NCBI GenBank assembly: GCA_019358915.1
Contig: JAHHIM010000004.1
Span: 1 to 64,000 of the forward strand
Source: Trichormus sp. ATA11-4-KO1
GTDB lineage: Bacteria; Cyanobacteriota; Cyanobacteriia; Cyanobacteriales; Nostocaceae
Direction: 5' to 3'
Length of the DNA stretch: 64,000 bases
A program made the translations under genes and the position numbers. The notes beneath the pieces are model-generated. The model searched no databases. It was not told the DNA's origin and saw only the letters and a program-made list of their open reading frames with translations. Below are positions 1 to 9,853 of the stretch, piece after piece. The first letter of the stretch is position 1, and the number at the start of each line of letters is the position of its first letter.

Positions 1-20
1 AATTACGAATTACGAATTAG
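1..20. repeat. End of a short tandem heptamer repeat (AATTACG)n, STRR type
   Basis: aattacg aattacg aattag at the window start. Confidence 0.6.
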
Positions 21-31
21 TAATTATTTGG

Positions 32-509
32 TCAAGATGTAGGTTTTGATTCAGGTAAGAAAATTAAAGGGCGTAAGCGATTTATCACAGTCGATACCTT
101 GGGATTAGTGCTACGAGTCTTGGTTACGGCTGCCAATGTGGGTGAGCGCGCTGGTGGTCAACAAGTTCTCAAACGAGTTAAACAATCTCAAGCCAAAGAT
201 CGCTTAACCACCATTTGGGTTGATGGTGGGTTTGATGGAGAGCCTTTCATGCAATGGGTGATGAATTTTTGTCGCTGGATTGTTCAGGTGGTGCTGCGAC
301 CAGAGCAAACTAAGGGCTTTGTTTTGCTCAAAAAACGTTGGGTGGTGGAACGCACTTTTGGTTGGTTCATGGGATGTCGCCGATTGGCCAGAGATTATGA
401 ATTATTGCCCGAAACTTCAGAAACCTTTCTCTACCTTGCAATGATCCGTATTATGGTGAAGCGATTGGCTTAATTTTTGACTCCCTAAAACTTTTCAAAC
501 ATCCTCTAA
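32..509 (+). mobile_element. 5'-truncated IS5-family (IS1031-like) element: transposase C-terminal half plus right terminal repeat
   Basis: Frame reads GFDSGKKIKGRKRFITVDTLG...WVDGGF...KRWVVERTFGW...RDYE and stops at 473; it is followed by a cttttcaaacatcctc end (491-506) and TAA; the N-terminal half is absent. Confidence 0.85.
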
Positions 510-548
510 GATGGGGAGTCGGATTTTTGTTGAATGCAATCCTCAGTC

Positions 549-643
549 ATTCATAAAAATCTATTGTTAGATTGATATCTATAGATAAAATTCAATGATT
601 TGTCTCAGTTAAACTTAAAGATTATCCATAGACTAAAATCTAT
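549..643 (+). promoter_or_regulatory. NdhR/CcmR-type LysR operator boxes upstream of ndhF3
   Basis: Exact ATAG-N8-CTAT at 628-643; near matches TTAG-N8-CTAT 567-582, ATAG-N8-CAAT 581-596 and ATTC-N8-CTAT 549-564. Confidence 0.7.
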
Positions 644-860
644 AGCTAAAATCAGTAAATAATTATATAAGAATTAATTAGAATAGACATCATCGATTTA
701 TTTTGTTAAGTAATTCCTTTTTAGGAAATATAACGGTAAGCTAAGAACAATATTAAGCAAAAAGAAATTTCTGCTATCTACCATAATTAGCTGACTGGAA
801 GCAAGGTTAAGTTTGCTCCCGGAATGGCTAATTTTTGCTACCAATCCAGAGGTTAATTTC

Positions 861-2720
861 ATGGCTCAGTTTCTCCTAGAGACTGTTTGGCTGGTTCCTT
901 GCTATGCTTTAATAGGTGGACTTTTGGCAATTCCTTGGTCACCGGGTATCATTCGCAAAACAGGGCCCAGACCAGCAGGTTATGTCAATTTAATCATGAC
1001 ATTTTTGGCACTAGTTCATAGTGTCTTGGCTTTTCCATCAATTTGGAATCAACCACCCCAAGAAATATTTATCCCTTGGTTATCTACCGCAGGTTTAAAC
1101 CTTACCATTGCTTTAGAAATTTCTGCGGTAAGTGTGGGTGCAATGGTAGTAATAACTGGCTTAAATTTTCTAGCACAAATTTATGCCATTGGTTACATGG
1201 AAATGGATTGGGGTTGGGGGCGCTTCTATTCTTTATTAGGATTATTTGAAGCGGGATTATGTGGCTTGGCGTTGTGCAATAATTTGTTTTTTAGCTATGT
1301 AATTTTGGAAGTTCTAACGTTAGGAACCTATCTATTAGTAGGCTTATGGTTTAGTCAACCTTTGGTAGTCACTGGTGCTAGAGATGCTTTCTTAACCAAG
1401 CGGGTAGGGGACTTATTCTTACTGATGGGAGTCTTGGGTTTATGGACTTTATCAGGAACTTGGGATTACACAGAGTTAGCAGCATGGGCCGCTAATACTC
1501 AAGTGGATCAAACAGTGATGACATTAGTAGGTTTAGCGTTGGTTGCTGGGCCGATGGGTAAATGCGCTCAATTCCCTTTGCACTTGTGGTTAGATGAAGC
1601 GATGGAAGGCCCTGTTCCCAGCACAATTTTGCGGAACTCGGTAGTAGTTGCTAGTGGTGCATGGGTACTAATTAAACTGCAACCTGTATTAACTTTATCA
1701 CCTTTAGTTTCATCATTTATCGTTGCCATCGGTGCAGTGACGGCTGTCGGCGCATCTTTAATTGCGATCGCCCAAATTGATGTGAAACGCTGTTTATCTT
1801 ATTCTGTTAGTGCTTACATGGGCTTAGTGTTTATTGCTGTAGGCACACAACAAGACGATGCAGCTTTATTGTTGGTACTCACCCACGCTTTAGCAGCTGC
1901 ACTACTAGTCATGAGTACTGGCGGTATTATCTGGAATAGCATCACCCAAGATGTAACTCAACTTGGTGGCTTATGGACTCGTCGCCCCATATCTGGGTTA
2001 GCCTTTATCGTCGGTACATTGGGGTTAATTGGCTTTCCCCCGTTAGGTAGCTTTTGGGCTTTGCTGAAATTAGCTGATGGACTGTGGGGAACTTACCCTT
2101 GGTTAGTGGCAATTATCATCGCAGTTAACGTCTTAACAGCCGTGAGTTTAACTAGAGAATTCGGCTTAATTTTCGGTGGTCAAGCCAAACAAATGAGTGA
2201 GCGATCGCCTGAAGTGCATTGGCCAATGGTACTGCCGATGATGATTTTATTTGGCTTTGTGTTGCATTTGCCCTTAGTGTTACAAAGCTTATCACTATTA
2301 CCTGATTGGGCTAGTCTGAATAAAGATGCGGCACTATTACTCATTTGGTCAAGTATTTTTGGTTGTAGCATTAGCGGTGTAATTTATTTAGGCAATATTC
2401 CCAAACCAATCCGCCTACCTTGGAAATTTTTACAAGATTTCTTGGCTTACGATTTTTACACCGCCAAACTTTATCGTATGACAATCATTTTCAGCGTTGC
2501 CCAACTTTCTAAATTTGCTGATATGATTGACCGCTTTGTAGTTGATGGCATCGTCAATTTAGTGGGGTTATTTTCGTTATTAGGTGGCGAAGGTTTGAAA
2601 TACAGTAACACCGGACAAACCCAATTTTATGCTTTCACGGTACTTTTGGGAGTAGGCGTTTTTTGTGCCTGGGTAACTTGGCCATTTTGGGGAATACAGT
2701 TTTTAGATTTGATGTTTTAG
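861..2720 (+). CDS. ndhF3: NDH-1 subunit F3 (inducible CO2 uptake)
   Basis: MAQFLLETVWLVPCY start, AQFPLHLWLDEAMEGP motif, order with ndhD and cupA. Confidence 0.93.
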   Translation: MAQFLLETVWLVPCYALIGGLLAIPWSPGIIRKTGPRPAGYVNLIMTFLALVHSVLAFPSIWNQPPQEIFIPWLSTAGLNLTIALEISAVSVGAMVVITGLNFLAQIYAIGYMEMDWGWGRFYSLLGLFEAGLCGLALCNNLFFSYVILEVLTLGTYLLVGLWFSQPLVVTGARDAFLTKRVGDLFLLMGVLGLWTLSGTWDYTELAAWAANTQVDQTVMTLVGLALVAGPMGKCAQFPLHLWLDEAMEGPVPSTILRNSVVVASGAWVLIKLQPVLTLSPLVSSFIVAIGAVTAVGASLIAIAQIDVKRCLSYSVSAYMGLVFIAVGTQQDDAALLLVLTHALAAALLVMSTGGIIWNSITQDVTQLGGLWTRRPISGLAFIVGTLGLIGFPPLGSFWALLKLADGLWGTYPWLVAIIIAVNVLTAVSLTREFGLIFGGQAKQMSERSPEVHWPMVLPMMILFGFVLHLPLVLQSLSLLPDWASLNKDAALLLIWSSIFGCSISGVIYLGNIPKPIRLPWKFLQDFLAYDFYTAKLYRMTIIFSVAQLSKFADMIDRFVVDGIVNLVGLFSLLGGEGLKYSNTGQTQFYAFTVLLGVGVFCAWVTWPFWGIQFLDLMF

Positions 2721-2990
2721 TTCTGAGAATCAAAACACACAAGGTTTTTTTCACTTTAACTCTGTGATCTCTGTGTCTCTGTGGTTATTTATTCTAACCA
2801 ATCAGCATTAGACCTCTTGTATAAATACTTTGGTGTCGCCAAAAATACTCTTGAAAAGCTCACGCAAAGGCGCAAAGACGCAAAGAAGAATTTGAAAATC
2901 ACGACTTTTGCAAGAAGTTTATTAATGAGAAAAACCATCACTCCCTAATCCCTATCTACACAAATCAACTCATAAACCAAACCAGAATAT

Positions 2991-4493
2991 ATGTTGAGTG
3001 TTCTCATTTGGATACCAATCATCAGTGCGATAATCATCGGTTTTTTACCCGGTAAACTTGTCCCAGCCAGACGCATTCGCTTAGTATCTTTAACCATCGC
3101 AGGTATAGTTTTACTCTGGAATTTCTTTATTTTGCTGAAATTCGACATCAGCAACCCAGGGATGCAATTTGAAGAATATTTGCCTTGGAATGACACTTTA
3201 GGGTTGAGTTATCAACTAGGTGTTGATGGGTTATCAATATTGATGTTGATACTTAATAGTTTGCTCACTTGGATTGCTATTTACAGCAGTGATAAAGAAA
3301 CTGAACGTCCACGACTATTCTATTCACTAATTTTATTGATTAGTGGTGGCGTTGCTGGGGCTTTCTTAGCAGAGAACCTGCTGTTATTCTTTTTGTTTTA
3401 CGAACTAGAATTAATTCCCTTTTATTTATTAATTTGCATTTGGGGAGGAGAAAAACGAGCTTATGCCGGCATCAAATTCTTAATTTACACTGCGGTTTCT
3501 GGTGCTTTGATTTTGGCAACCTTCTTAGGCATGGTATTCCTCACAGGTTCTACTAGTTTTGCTTTTGATGCCATATCTACACAAACCCTATCCGCAGGTT
3601 TGCAATTTGTCCTTTTAGCAGGAATTATCTTAGGCTTTGGTATTAAAATCCCGCTAGTTCCCTTCCATACTTGGCTACCTGATGCTTATGTGGAAGCTTC
3701 CGCCCCCATTGCCATTTTGTTGGGTGGTGTGTTGGCAAAGTTGGGAACTTATGGACTGTTGCGGTTTGGTATGGGGATGTTTCCCCAAGCTTGGAGTGTA
3801 TTTGCACCCACCTTAGCAATTTGGGGGGCTATTAGCGCAATTTATGGGGCGGTAATTGCGATCGCTCAACAAGATATCAAGCGCATGGTAGCATACAGTT
3901 CTATTGGTCACATGGGTTATGTCTTGCTGGCTAGCGCTTCTAGTACATCTTTAGCGCTGGTGGGTGCAGTTGCACAAATGTTCAGCCACGGTTTAATTCT
4001 GGCAATTCTCTTTCATTTAGTTGGGATCATAGAAGCAAAAGTAGGCACACGTGAATTAGCCAAACTCAATGGCTTAATGAGTCCTATTCGTGGTTTACCC
4101 TTTATTAGTGCCTTACTAGTTCTCAGTGGCATGGCTAGTGCGGGAATTCCCGGTTTAACAGGATTTGTGGCAGAATTTATTGTATTTCAGGGTAGTTTCT
4201 CGGTTTTTCCCTTACCCACACTGTTATGTGTCGCCTCTAGTGGCTTAACAGCCGTTTATTTTGTCATCCTCCTCAACCGCACTTGTTTTGGCAAGTTAGA
4301 TAACAATTTAGCTTACTACCCCAAAGTTTTCTGGTCAGAAAAAATGCCTGCTATCGTCTTGGCATTTTTGATTATCTTTTTGGGCATACAACCAACTTGG
4401 TTAGTGCGCTGGAGTGAAAGTACAACTACAGCAATGGTGGCGACAATTGCACCTACAGAAAAAACCATAGTTGCTCAAGTAGCGCTCAAGTAA
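2991..4493 (+). CDS. ndhD3: NDH-1 subunit D3 (NuoM family)
   Basis: KIPLVPFHTWLPDAY and KLGTYGLLRF motifs; operon context. Confidence 0.92.
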   Translation: MLSVLIWIPIISAIIIGFLPGKLVPARRIRLVSLTIAGIVLLWNFFILLKFDISNPGMQFEEYLPWNDTLGLSYQLGVDGLSILMLILNSLLTWIAIYSSDKETERPRLFYSLILLISGGVAGAFLAENLLLFFLFYELELIPFYLLICIWGGEKRAYAGIKFLIYTAVSGALILATFLGMVFLTGSTSFAFDAISTQTLSAGLQFVLLAGIILGFGIKIPLVPFHTWLPDAYVEASAPIAILLGGVLAKLGTYGLLRFGMGMFPQAWSVFAPTLAIWGAISAIYGAVIAIAQQDIKRMVAYSSIGHMGYVLLASASSTSLALVGAVAQMFSHGLILAILFHLVGIIEAKVGTRELAKLNGLMSPIRGLPFISALLVLSGMASAGIPGLTGFVAEFIVFQGSFSVFPLPTLLCVASSGLTAVYFVILLNRTCFGKLDNNLAYYPKVFWSEKMPAIVLAFLIIFLGIQPTWLVRWSESTTTAMVATIAPTEKTIVAQVALK

Positions 4494-4533
4494 TTCACAT
4501 CATTTAATAAACCAGATTTGAGAGGCGATCGCC

Positions 4534-5844
4534 ATGGTACAGACTCCAGAGTATACTACTAAATTACCTCCTTCCCGACATGAATTTGCTGATGTCATTC
4601 ATCGGCTAGAAGCAGGCGGTTCCATGTTGCCAGATACGCCAGAAAATTTAATGCAAATTATCGGTATTTATAAAGCTTATGCCGTACCGATGGATTTTTA
4701 TTGGCGTAACTTGCTGTATATTGCTGAACGAGTATTTTTAAATCCATTGCCTTTGTTTAAATACTTCCTTCCCCAAGAATATTTAGAACGGCACAATCAT
4801 TATGCAGGTGATGATGCAGATTTGAGAGTGTGGCGTGGTGAAGCAACAGCCCATCCAGAACTTTTAGCATTTATAGAAAAGGGTGAAACCTTAAAAATGC
4901 CCAAATTATTGCATCACTTATTCCATGACCGAATTAATATGGAATTTGCCGAAGCTTGTATGCGGGCAATGCTTTGGCATAGAGGTATGGGTGGAAAATT
5001 TGACCCTTACTTAGATAGCGAAGAATATAAAGCCAACGCAGATAGAGCCATTAAAGCTTATTTTCAAGGTAACCCAGTGATGTTGGGGCTTTATAAGCTT
5101 TTCCCAGATATGTTTATCGAACAGTGCCGCCAAATGTCTTACTACGCTAATTTGGGGTTATTCTGGGAAGTCATGGCACCTGTATTTTTTGAAATGTCAG
5201 ATTTGTATGATGAAGGGAAAATTACCACTGTCCCAGAAGCAATGAATTTTTTAGTAAATGGGATTTTTGCAGTTGCCAATCGTCCGATTTACCATAATGT
5301 TTATATCCGTGGTACATGCTACGAAATTGTACCTAAGTCTCAAGGTTTTGTTTGGCTTTATGAAGCTGCATTACCTTATGTAGAAGCTGTTTTTTATCGT
5401 ACAGCACCTTTTCGGGGGACAAAATCGTACAACGCCCAAGTCAGCCAAGTACCAACAGATCAAAAAGACTTCCACTATGGGATTCTTTATGCAGATGTGT
5501 TTCCAGTAGGTACTGCGGGTATTCCCCCGACATTATTAATGCAAGATATGTTGCACTTCTTGCCAAAATATCTTGTTGATTACTACAAAAAACATTGTCG
5601 CGGTGAAGAAGACACATTGATTCAGCTAGGAATTAGTTTCCAACGGTCAATGTATAATGTCACCTCTGCGGTAATTCAAGCATTAAGGACTGCACTACAC
5701 CATCCTTTAGATGACTCCAACCCTGAACATTTACAAGCTAATCGAGACTTTTTTGAAGCGCAGTTAAATCGCTTCACTCGTTCTGAATATAATATTCGAG
5801 ATGCTGCCCGTTTACGGGATATTCAAAGACAAGATTATCGATAA
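4534..5844 (+). CDS. cupA: CO2 hydration protein CupA/ChpY
   Basis: LPDTPENLMQIIG, HDRINMEFAEAC, PFRGTKSYNAQ; 436 aa, the longer CupA type. Confidence 0.93.
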   Translation: MVQTPEYTTKLPPSRHEFADVIHRLEAGGSMLPDTPENLMQIIGIYKAYAVPMDFYWRNLLYIAERVFLNPLPLFKYFLPQEYLERHNHYAGDDADLRVWRGEATAHPELLAFIEKGETLKMPKLLHHLFHDRINMEFAEACMRAMLWHRGMGGKFDPYLDSEEYKANADRAIKAYFQGNPVMLGLYKLFPDMFIEQCRQMSYYANLGLFWEVMAPVFFEMSDLYDEGKITTVPEAMNFLVNGIFAVANRPIYHNVYIRGTCYEIVPKSQGFVWLYEAALPYVEAVFYRTAPFRGTKSYNAQVSQVPTDQKDFHYGILYADVFPVGTAGIPPTLLMQDMLHFLPKYLVDYYKKHCRGEEDTLIQLGISFQRSMYNVTSAVIQALRTALHHPLDDSNPEHLQANRDFFEAQLNRFTRSEYNIRDAARLRDIQRQDYR

Positions 5845-5961
5845 GCTTGTAATAAGGCTTGTAGTAAGCGGCTCAAGCCCTTTTTTGTAAAGGGCATAAC
5901 TGCGCTTACCGTGAAGCGTCTCTGACAGGAGATATAGAGGACTAAAGTCCTCACTACAAAC

Positions 5962-7512
5962 TCAAGAAACAGCACCAAATCCTCCTCCCCCTGGCGTTGC
6001 AATCACAAAAATATCCCCTGGTTGCATCTCTACGGTTGCAGTACTACTTAACTCCTCTTGGGTTTCGTTCTGACGTTCTACCCAATTGCGTCCTACCTGT
6101 CCTGGTTCCCCACCATTTAACCCAAAGGGAGGAACCACGCGATGACTAGAGAGAATATTTGCTGTCATCAGTTCTAAAAACTTGATGCGCCGGATAACTC
6201 CATTACCACCACTATATTTACCTTTACCCCCACTCTCAGGACGCAGACTAAAACTTTCCACCAATACAGGATAACGAATTTCTAAAACTTCTGGATCAGT
6301 TAAGCGAGAATTAGTCATGTGAGTATGCACAGCATCAGTACCATCAAAGTTAGCCCCTGCACCAGAACCACCACAGATAGTCTCATAATATTGATAATGC
6401 TCATTACCAAAAGTGAAATTATTCATGGTTCCCTGAGAACCAGCCATAACACCCAACGCACCATATAAAGCATCGACTATGGTTTGCGAAGTTTCCACAT
6501 TACCTGCTACCACTGCGGCTGGATAAGTTGGGTTCAGCATACAGCCAATCGGCACAATAATTTCTAACGGTGTCAAACAGCCGGCATTTAGGGGAATATT
6601 ATCATCAACCAAAGTCCGAAAGACATATAAGACTGCTGCTTGAGTTACGGCTTTGGGAGCATTAAAGTTGCTATTTAATTGTCCAGATGTGCCAGTAAAA
6701 TCAATAATGGCACTACGATTTTCTTGGTCAATAGTGACTTTAACTTGAATTTTTGCTCCATTATCCATTTCATAACTAAATGAGCCATCTTTGAGCAGAT
6801 TTATCGCCTTTCTAACTGACTCTTCCGCATTAGCTTGGACAAATTTCATGTAAGCTTGAACTGTTTCCAGTCCATATTGAGCTACCATTTTCAGAAGTTC
6901 TTGCACTCCCCTTTCATTGGCAGCAATTTGTGCTTTAAAATCAGCAATATTTTGGTCAGGGTTACGCGCTGGATAAGGATGATTTAAAAGTACATTTCGT
7001 ACTTGAGTTTCTTGAAAATTGCCTTGTTCAACTAAGAGAAAATTATCAAATAAAATGCCTTCTGCTTCTACTGTGGTGCTGTGGGGAGGCATGGAACCGG
7101 GTGTAATTCCACCAATATCAGCTTGGTGTCCACGGGAAGCAACGTAGAAGAAGGGAGTTGGGGTGTTTTCTAGGAAGACGGGGGTGATAGCGGTAACGTC
7201 GGGGAGGTGGGTTCCTCCGTTATAAGGATTATTTGATAGATATACGTTTCCTGGTTTGATAGTGTCGCCTTTATCGTTAATTAAACTGCGGACACTTTCG
7301 CTCATTGAACCTAAATGTACAGGAATGTGAGGAGCGTTGGCAACTAATAATCCAGAAGAGTCAAAAATAGCGCAGGAGAAATCTAGGCGTTCTTTAATAT
7401 TTACCGATGCAGCAGTGTTTTGCAGAACAATACCCATTTGTTCTGCAATAAATTGATAAAGGTTTTTGAATATTTCTAAGCGGACGGGATCGGGTTGAGA
7501 TGTTGTATACAT
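5962..7512 (-). CDS. Hydantoinase B / 5-oxoprolinase beta-type subunit
   Basis: NIKERLDFSCAIF, PHIPVHLGSM, PYNGGTHLPD, TPGGGGFG; start moved to ATG at 7512. Confidence 0.9.
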   Translation of the reverse strand: MYTTSQPDPVRLEIFKNLYQFIAEQMGIVLQNTAASVNIKERLDFSCAIFDSSGLLVANAPHIPVHLGSMSESVRSLINDKGDTIKPGNVYLSNNPYNGGTHLPDVTAITPVFLENTPTPFFYVASRGHQADIGGITPGSMPPHSTTVEAEGILFDNFLLVEQGNFQETQVRNVLLNHPYPARNPDQNIADFKAQIAANERGVQELLKMVAQYGLETVQAYMKFVQANAEESVRKAINLLKDGSFSYEMDNGAKIQVKVTIDQENRSAIIDFTGTSGQLNSNFNAPKAVTQAAVLYVFRTLVDDNIPLNAGCLTPLEIIVPIGCMLNPTYPAAVVAGNVETSQTIVDALYGALGVMAGSQGTMNNFTFGNEHYQYYETICGGSGAGANFDGTDAVHTHMTNSRLTDPEVLEIRYPVLVESFSLRPESGGKGKYSGGNGVIRRIKFLELMTANILSSHRVVPPFGLNGGEPGQVGRNWVERQNETQEELSSTATVEMQPGDIFVIATPGGGGFGAVS

Positions 7513-7699
7513 TTTTAATTTGTGTTTATAGCAAAGTGCTGAGTATAAAGCCAGTTGCTTCATTGCTCTAAGTGATCAATAATGTCCTCACCTATGTGAA
7601 CGTGAGTTCGACGAACCTCTCCTGCAAGGAAAGAGAGGAGCAACGGCATGAATAAATATAAAATTCAATATCATCAGGTTTGAATGTGTTTATAACATG

Positions 7700-7740
7700 T
7701 TAGCTAGTAGAGACGCAATACTCGCGTTTCTACTAGCTAA
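7700..7740. terminator. Long inverted repeat just downstream of murE (terminator-like / dispersed palindrome)
   Basis: ttagctagtagagacgc...gcgtttctactagctaa. Confidence 0.6.
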
Positions 7741-7752
7741 AGCAATGCAGTA

Positions 7753-9243
7753 TTAACTTTGGAGATTCAGCCTAGCTTGCAGGGCATCTCGTGCATGTTC
7801 TCGGTCGTCAAAGTGGATTTTTTCTGTACCAAGAATTTGGTAGTCTTCGTGACCTTTGCCAGCCAATAACACCCCATCACCGGGTTGTGCTTGTAAGATG
7901 GCAGTACGAATAGCGGTAGCCCGATCGCAGATTACCATTGGTGTAACTGTGTCAGGAATTCCCGCCAAAACATCTTGTAAAATTCGTTCCGGGTCTTCAG
8001 TCCGGGGATTATCCGAAGTCACCACCGCTACATCAGCTAACTCAGCCGCGATTTTACCCATTTTTGGACGTTTAGTGCGATCGCGATCGCCTCCACAGCC
8101 AAATACACAAATCATTTTACCAGGAATAAATGGACGTGCAGCTTTGAGCAAATTCTCCAAACTATCTGGCGTGTGGGCATAATCTACAATGACACTGATT
8201 TCTGGCTCAGAATTAATCTGCACCCGTTCCATCCGTCCGGGAACGCCTGGAAACTCTGGGATCACAGAAGCCAATAACGGTAAATCTAGTCCTAAATGTA
8301 AAACTGCTCCGATTGCTGCCAAGAGATTTTCTAAATTGTATTGTCCAACGAGAGGTGATTGAAAAGCCGCATCACCTTTTGGTGTATGCAACATACCGCT
8401 AACACCATGAGGCTGATAACTTAAGTCACTCATCCACAAATCAGCACTGTTATTGTTGACACTGTAACTCCAAACTCGTTCTGGATTCAACGATGCAATT
8501 AGGCGCTTACCATAGGGGTCATCATTATTGATGATTGCTCGTCCTTTGAGATAATCAGAATTAAACAACAGCGCTTTCGCAGCAAAGTAATCTTCCATAT
8601 CGCTGTGATAATCCAAATGGTCTTGAGTAAGATTACTAAAAACCCCTACCTCAAAGGCACAACCCAAAACTCGACCTTGTGCCAAAGCGTGGGAACTTAC
8701 TTCCATCACCCCAAACTCACAACCAGCATTCACAGCTGCTGCTAACTGCTGTTGCAATTCCACCGCAAACGGCGTAGTGTGGACAGCCGTTTCCTCAAAA
8801 CCAGGCCAACGAGTGTAAAGAGTTCCCATCAAAGCCGTAGGCAGATTCGCCTTCTCCAACAGAAATTCAATCAGGTGAGTAGTCGTAGTTTTGCCATTAG
8901 TACCAGTCACACCCACCAGCTTCAGCTTTTGTCCTGGATACCCATAAAAAGCACCTGCTATTTGGGCACAAGCTTTAGTCATATCCGCCGCACTGATGAC
9001 AACAGCCTCAGGCGGCGGCGGATTTTTCTGTAACGCTTCTGGAGAGACGATCGCCGCCACAGCACCCGATGCGATCGCACTCGGCCAAAAATCTCCACCA
9101 TCTACCCGCGTTCCCGGCATTCCAATAAACAAATCCCCCACACCGCAAGCATGGGAATTTGTCTTGAGACCATTGATTTGTGCATCTACCACAGCCGAAT
9201 GGTTAATACAATCTACTGCTGCTAGTAATTCCCGCAATTTCAT
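7753..9243 (-). CDS. murE: UDP-MurNAc-dipeptide meso-DAP ligase
   Basis: GVTGTNGKTTT, MEVSSH, DHLDYH, DYAHTPD, DNPR, AGKGHE. Confidence 0.96.
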   Translation of the reverse strand: MKLRELLAAVDCINHSAVVDAQINGLKTNSHACGVGDLFIGMPGTRVDGGDFWPSAIASGAVAAIVSPEALQKNPPPPEAVVISAADMTKACAQIAGAFYGYPGQKLKLVGVTGTNGKTTTTHLIEFLLEKANLPTALMGTLYTRWPGFEETAVHTTPFAVELQQQLAAAVNAGCEFGVMEVSSHALAQGRVLGCAFEVGVFSNLTQDHLDYHSDMEDYFAAKALLFNSDYLKGRAIINNDDPYGKRLIASLNPERVWSYSVNNNSADLWMSDLSYQPHGVSGMLHTPKGDAAFQSPLVGQYNLENLLAAIGAVLHLGLDLPLLASVIPEFPGVPGRMERVQINSEPEISVIVDYAHTPDSLENLLKAARPFIPGKMICVFGCGGDRDRTKRPKMGKIAAELADVAVVTSDNPRTEDPERILQDVLAGIPDTVTPMVICDRATAIRTAILQAQPGDGVLLAGKGHEDYQILGTEKIHFDDREHARDALQARLNLQS

Positions 9244-9296
9244 CTGGTGAACCTCGTCACACAATTCTCTTGCGCTTATTCTGCATTATTTTTTTT

Positions 9297-9656
9297 CTAA
9301 TTGGATAAATACTTCCTCAGCATTTGCTCCAATTGCTGCACACTAGCACGCGGAGAAGGACGCGGCAAGCGTTCCTCAATCACATCTTTTTCCTTCTCTG
9401 CTTCTTCTACGCACGCTACTTGCTTCTCTTCGAGACGCTTCGCGAACAAGTCGGGAAACCCGCAGGGCGCAGTGGCTTCTCTGTAGTTTGATAAATAAAG
9501 TACTGGCACTTCATACTGATATGCACCAAACCAATCTTCACGAGTTGAAATATCCCGGACTTCCAACTCGAAACTGAGATTTTGGATTTGTTCAAGCTTT
9601 TCCTGCAAGCCCTCACACAAATGACATCCCGGCTTACTGTATAAAATTAGTCGCAT
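9297..9656 (-). CDS. Glutaredoxin-like (DUF836) protein with an in-frame repeat insertion
   Basis: LYSKPGCHLCE CxxC motif, YQYEVPVL, LPRPSPR. Confidence 0.85.
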   Translation of the reverse strand: MRLILYSKPGCHLCEGLQEKLEQIQNLSFELEVRDISTREDWFGAYQYEVPVLYLSNYREATAPCGFPDLFAKRLEEKQVACVEEAEKEKDVIEERLPRPSPRASVQQLEQMLRKYLSN

Positions 9657-9853
9657 TTGCTGAATAATCTGATGTCATGTTGGGAATACATTGCTCACCG
9701 TTTATTCCCACACTACTGGATAAACTATTAAATCAAGGCGATTTGGTGAGTGGCATCGCCATATCCAGAATAAAAGAAATCACTACTACATTGCAACTCG
9801 AATGCTGATTAGCATAGCTTACCGCAGGTATCACCTGATTTTTCTTAGCTAAC

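Noticed and set aside
5962..7512. Hydantoinase B without an adjacent A subunit
   Set aside because: The partner may simply be encoded elsewhere; nothing in the window suggests a new function.
7856..9250. Antisense ORFs over murE, and similar ones over the ALDH, lpdA, mfd and the PKS
   Set aside because: Shadow ORFs opposite well-supported genes.
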